From contig OZ024751.1 in assembly GCA_964016885.1 (NCBI GenBank), positions 6,882,001 through 6,946,000 of the forward strand: a DNA stretch of 64,000 nt, written 5' to 3'. The notes beneath the pieces were generated by a model. That model made no database searches, had not been told where the DNA came from, and was given only the letters and a program-made list of their open reading frames with translations. This document shows, piece after piece, positions 57,973 to 64,000 of the stretch. The translations under genes were made by a program, and so were the position numbers. Each line of letters opens with the position of its first letter. Position 1 is the first letter of the stretch. This DNA is from Eledone cirrhosa (Eukaryota).

Positions 57973-58770
57973 TTAATATATATGTTTATGTGTATTTGGT
58001 GTATACATTCGTATGCGTGCGGGTACAGGCGATGCGTGGGTTCTGTATGTGCGTGGTGTTTTTTATTTAATTTATATTATTGTTTTGTGTGTACGTGCGT
58101 GTATTTGTATACCTATGGCGAGTGCTTTCGCGTATGCTTGTGTATGTACATATATGGATGCGTGTATGTATTTATTTAATTTCAATAACCTTTGTATTTT
58201 ATTTACTTTATTCTTAACTCTGAAGCCGAGAATCATTCGGTTTCCTAGTTACAAATTTATTCTACGACTTCAGTTTTACCATGTACGTGGTTTGTCTTTG
58301 CGTGCAATTGTTTTCCACGCTCCACATATGACGTATTATCTTCGATTTTTTTTTCATTGCCAGCGAACGTCTATCTGAACCACCTAATAGAATATTAGTC
58401 TACGACTTCTTTCATACCATAAACGTGGTTTTGTCTTTGCGTGTAATTGTTTTTCACTGCTCCAAATAATGACGTATTATATTCGTTTTTTCCCGTTCTT
58501 TGCCAGGGAACGCTTCCACGAACCAAAGTATCGTCTTCCTGTCTTCCTCCGGTTGCAACGTTTTTAGAAATTTTCACTTCTGAGTTCACAGATTGACTTT
58601 GTTAGTTTCAGAAGATCCCGTTAAGGGTGAAAGCAGCGATTCTTTGCTTAAACTTTAATCTGTTATTTTAATAAATATTTGCTGTACGGTTCTTATATAT
58701 TTGATATATATTTATCCTTTTCGAGCCCTCTTCGGATTTTAGTCTTCAAATTTATTATTATTACTATATA
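56506..58770 (+). mobile_element. 5'-truncated Naiad-type PLE with short 5' fold-back (56506-56571) and HHR-like motif at 58604-58654
   Basis: YYNEALARSG, RRIIWYNPPYN, NCRNRVDCPLSGKCLSSNIVYKC, YIGLT; agttt-CAGAAGA-ccc/ggg-GAAA-gca..tgc-TT-aaact. Confidence 0.8.
56689..56865 (+). mobile_element. SINE family 1 inserted into the Naiad ORF with a 10-bp target site duplication (TSD)
   Basis: ATTATATGGT at 56679-56688 and 56866-56875. Confidence 0.9.
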
Positions 58771-58828
58771 TATATATACATATATATATGTATACACACA
58801 CACACATACGCACACACATACACACACT

Positions 58829-58884
<56 letters not shown>

Positions 58885-58913
58885 GTGGTAGGCTGTGTGG
58901 TTACTGAAACCGA

Positions 58914-59021
58914 AGTGTTAGAAGGTAAACGGGACGTAAAAAAGAGAAAAGTATCGCTTCATCAGCTGTTTACTACAGATCACAGATGTTTCGGGGCTGG
59001 ATACTTTTCTTCCCCTGTTTA

Positions 59022-59082
<61 letters not shown>

Positions 59083-59594
59083 TCTCTCTCCATTAGGATG
59101 TTTTCGGCCTGGTCTCACGTGTCGGAAAACCCTTATGGATTAACTCGCTTTTCCTTCTCCTCTCTCTCGCTCTCTCTGTCCCACTCGCTCACCCCCTATC
59201 ACTTCTGGTTTCTCCGTCTCTCTCTCTACCCTCACTTTACTGAGATCGCCCCGGAAAAACCTTTCTCCGCATTTATCACTGCCAATGGGCTTACCCCATT
59301 GGCTTATTATAACTTATTCCACTTTCTCTTCGGTTACTTACATACATGTGCCATTGTCCTATCTACAAACTTCTATCGGTATGTTTACGTCACCTTTTCC
59401 TCTTTTCCTTATTTTCTTCTTCCACTCTCTTCACTATCACTTCTTTCCCTCTTGGTCTTTTGACGGATAAAAGGCCATGGGGGCGCTACAGATCGATGTT
59501 CTGTTTTATTAACCGAAACTTCTATGATCTCTAGTAAACAGCTGATGAAGGGATATTTTTCTTCTCTTGTTTACGTGCCGTATACATTCTAACG

Positions 59595-59596
<2 letters not shown>
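58914..59596 (+). mobile_element. Family F non-coding ~550-bp repeat with inverted 5' partial copy and scrambled hammerhead (59486-59548)
   Basis: 58914-58994 is an imperfect inverted copy of 59513-59596; 59000-59022 resembles 59552-59574. Confidence 0.7.
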
Positions 59597-59640
<44 letters not shown>

Positions 59641-59642
<2 letters not shown>

Positions 59643-60208
59643 AAAAGAATGAAACGAAATTTCATTTCTCAATCTTAGTACGGCTGATACCTAAATATAA
59701 GTATGTATACGTACATATATATATGTGTACAGAGGTACAGTAATATGTGTATATGGGTGCATGTATACATACATGCACCCATATATATATGTACGTATGG
59801 GTTTACCGAACATTATTTATAATGTTCGGTGTATTTGTAATTACCCAGCTCGAATTACGCCGTACAGTGCTCGGGAACCATCGTCGCCCTTTTGTTCAAC
59901 ACTGACACAGAAACGATGTACTAGTATATACTTTCAAATGTTCAATCATCTGACAGAAAGGTATACGATGCTGACGATAGCTAATAAGCTTGAAACTAGT
60001 ACATCGTTCCTGTGTCAGTGTTGAACAAAAGGGCGACGATGGTTGCCGAGCACTGTACGGCGTAATTCGGGCTGTTTGTTTACAAACAAACCGAACATTA
60101 TAATAAATGTTCGGTAAACACATGGGTACATATATAAATGTGTGCATGTATGTATATATATCGATACTACTGTACGTCTGTACACATATATGTATGTACG
60201 TATACATA

Positions 60209-60212
<4 letters not shown>
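59641..60212. mobile_element. Retrozyme-like family B in inverted arrangement
   Basis: Left arm minus (59641-59925), right arm plus (59923-60212), flanked by (TA)n. Confidence 0.85.
59965..60007 (+). ncRNA. Minimal type I hammerhead ribozyme (intact core)
   Basis: acgatg-CTGACGA-tagct(aata)agctt-GAAA-ctag-TA-catcgt; predicted cut after 60001. Confidence 0.85.
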
Positions 60213-60296
<84 letters not shown>

Positions 60297-60621
60297 TTAG
60301 AAAGCAAAACAAGACCACACATTTCACAAGGAATACATTATTTAAAGATTGTCATCTTAGTTGTAGCTTAATGTAAGGAATGAAAAGAATAATAATAATA
60401 ATACTAATAATGTCCTTTTACAATTGTTTCGCTGCTCCATATAATATTTCTGGATCAAATGATTATAGATCATTATTGATCTGGTTCAGATGAAGATAAT
60501 TAACTCAGGTAAGGATGGAGCAGTTCATCGGAACTTCAAAAGGAATATAAATTAAGGTAGAGAAAGATGGTTACATGAATGTAATGTTTCACATATTGGT
60601 ATTTCACGATTTATATATATA

Positions 60622-62365
60622 CTAGCAGATTTACCCGGCGTTACTCGGGGTTTGACATTATGCTAATAATATACAGCTAGGAAGTAAAAGAAGAACATTG
60701 TTTGTCCCCTTGAAGCTTTTAATGTAGCTATTGTTCGAGTGAAGCATGTCTTGGAGGTCAATCAAGAGTTCCAGTTTAGTGTCTGAAGTGTATGATTGCC
60801 GTCGATCTGCTTGCTGATGACAGTTAACAATAAAGTAAACCTGTAACAATGGTGGCTCTTCAGTAGGCAACGGTTGCAGTGATCCAATGAGATGATACAC
60901 CTGGCCCTGTACTTTGAAAGTGGGCATAAATCCCTCTTCCTTCATACGTTTTACACCGAAAGTGGTCATTTGAAACGCAATGTTGTACTGTCGGATATGC
61001 TTCAGAAAATCAAGTGATTTTGAATGATTACCTGTTAGAAGCATCTGGAGAGGTTGCGGTGGTTCCCTAAGGGTGGGCAAATTAACCTTACGTTGGAGCA
61101 GCACATTCCAGCTGATTCCCCCCCCCCCCCCCACATACTTTTTAGCTTTACAATGTTGGCAAGTATTTGACATTGGATATATTTGAATATCAGGATGGAT
61201 TTGATAGTTTACATTAGGGTCATAATTAACTGCATTCAGGTAATATAGTAGGCGTGATGCCTTTGAAATACCCCGCGATAAAGCTCTACGTTGAGCGTTA
61301 TCCTCCAACTTGTTACAGTCTCTATAGCTCATACCGTAGCAGTAGCTGAAGCATTTTTCAAATGCCGACTTTGACGTTCTTGCTCAGTCTCAATTGCTCT
61401 TGCTGCAACATAGCTGAAACATTACCCGCACGGTGTCTTTCATACTTTTGTACTGTCTCTGCAGATCTTGCTGCAGCAGTATCTGTAGCATCCATAGGAT
61501 GGCATGTTTCACGTTGCTCTGTAGACTCTGCAGCTCGTGCTGCAGCAGTTGCTTTAGCATTATTGGTTTGCCGCACTAACCGACGCTCAGAGGCGTACAA
61601 AGATGTTGAAATAACTGTACTCACCGCATTTAGTGATTGTCTATTTTCGGTTATCGGCGGAGCGTCATTTACACGCATTTTTTTCTTCGACCGATAGCCA
61701 ATATATTCATACTTTCTTTTACGTGGCATATTTGGTGAAATGTTGTAAAGTCAAAATGTATGAATTGAAGCGTTACAGTTAACTTTGAAAGTGCAACAAA
61801 TTATATTTTTGTAACAACATGGCTTATGAAAGTTTTTAAAATGTAGAAGTTGTAGGACTCAATGGTTGAATGGAAAGTCCCATAACGATTGTTCTAAAAA
61901 TAAACAAACCATCATAAAAATCTCGTCAATTCGAGACTGCTGCGAGATTAGTGCCTTAACGCGAAAATTAACACTTAATATAGTGAAACAAGTTAAAACA
62001 ACAAGTGTTTTTTTTATTTTGAAAGTGCAACAAAGAATAAACAAGAAACAAACAATAATATTAGTTATTTATCTTCAAATGAATGTGATGTTATATTTCT
62101 GAAAAGTTGGTTATCTCCCTTTTTTATAAGGATTATCAATAAAGTTGGTTATCTCCCTTACATCAATTTTGCGACCGATAATTTTGATATCGGTTCTTAA
62201 TTGCTCAACGTTGCTCGATTTGAAAAATGTTTCTGATGTGACAATCTTAGCGACCTGTGCAACGAGCACAAACAATTTGGTCAAATTCAGTTGGTAATTG
62301 TAAAAGCCTTAAGTATGCAAAGTTGTACACAGACACACACATCCTAGCTTTTATATATATAAAGA
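60622..62365 (-). mobile_element. Internally deleted Helitron retaining the RepHel N-terminus (61729-60658, frameshifted)
   Basis: A|TCTTTATATATATAAAAG 5' end; cccgagtaacgccggg hairpin then CTAG|T; MPRKRK, CQHCKAKK, FLKHIRQYN.AFQMTTFG, FMPTFKVQGQVYH.IGSL. Confidence 0.9.
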
Positions 62366-62366
62366 T

Positions 62367-62571
62367 ATAGGAAAAGAGTCAGGACTCCGGCGGCTGAGCT
62401 CCGGGCGTTACGATATGTACATCCGAAACAGTTCGATTCTAGCTGTTGAAAGGGCCGGAGCTCACTCGTCGGGGTCCTGACACGGTACGTATCACACACT
62501 TTACTACCCTAAGTATTAATTACTCTAGTGTGTTATGACCCACCTGGTATCTTACCACACCCTCCTTGCAA
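62367..62571 (+). mobile_element. Family C hairpin element (diverged)
   Basis: gtcaggactccggcggctgagctcc...ggagctcactcgtcggggtcctgac plus tail. Confidence 0.75.
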
Positions 62572-62617
62572 TATCTATATGTATCTCTCTATCTATCTCT
62601 CTATCTCTCTCTTCCTT

Positions 62618-62667
<50 letters not shown>

Positions 62668-62671
<4 letters not shown>

Positions 62672-62755
62672 GGAGGTGAGTTTTATTGTAGTACAATAAA
62701 GCAATGCAGATATCGGATAAGAAGCACTCTACAGTTTGTAGGACTGGAGTATACA

Positions 62756-62756
<1 letters not shown>
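62668..62756 (+). repeat. Family H ~90-bp repeat
   Basis: Reverse complement of 23028-23117. Confidence 0.75.
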
Positions 62757-63332
<576 letters not shown>

Positions 63333-63345
63333 TATATGTTTGACC

Positions 63346-64000
<655 letters not shown>

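Overview
AT-rich, microsatellite-saturated eukaryotic DNA made almost entirely of transposable elements. The SINE families resemble those I recall from Octopus, so a coleoid cephalopod source is inferred but not proven. No confident host gene is visible; one 54-nt candidate exon is noted. Most ORF-track entries are translations of (TA)n/(CA)n repeats. Contents: (1) many Penelope-like elements (PLEs): a near-intact Neptune-type element (6092-13072, minus strand; RT + GIY-YIG), a decayed full-length Naiad-type element (about 46933-51012), five truncated copies and numerous pseudo-LTR (pLTR) palindromes, most carrying hammerhead ribozyme (HHR) motifs; (2) a non-coding, ~425-bp tandem HHR repeat resembling a retrozyme; (3) three Helitrons, including a decayed RepHel gene with an intron; (4) RTE and L1/Tx1 LINE fragments and tRNA-derived SINEs. 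Two observations stand out. First, two dissimilar non-coding repeat families carry all hammerhead core strands in a non-canonical scrambled order, with covarying stems. Second, the Neptune element has a coiled-coil-like ORF1 overlapping the RT ORF at an in-frame U-UUU-UUA heptamer, a candidate -1 programmed frameshift.
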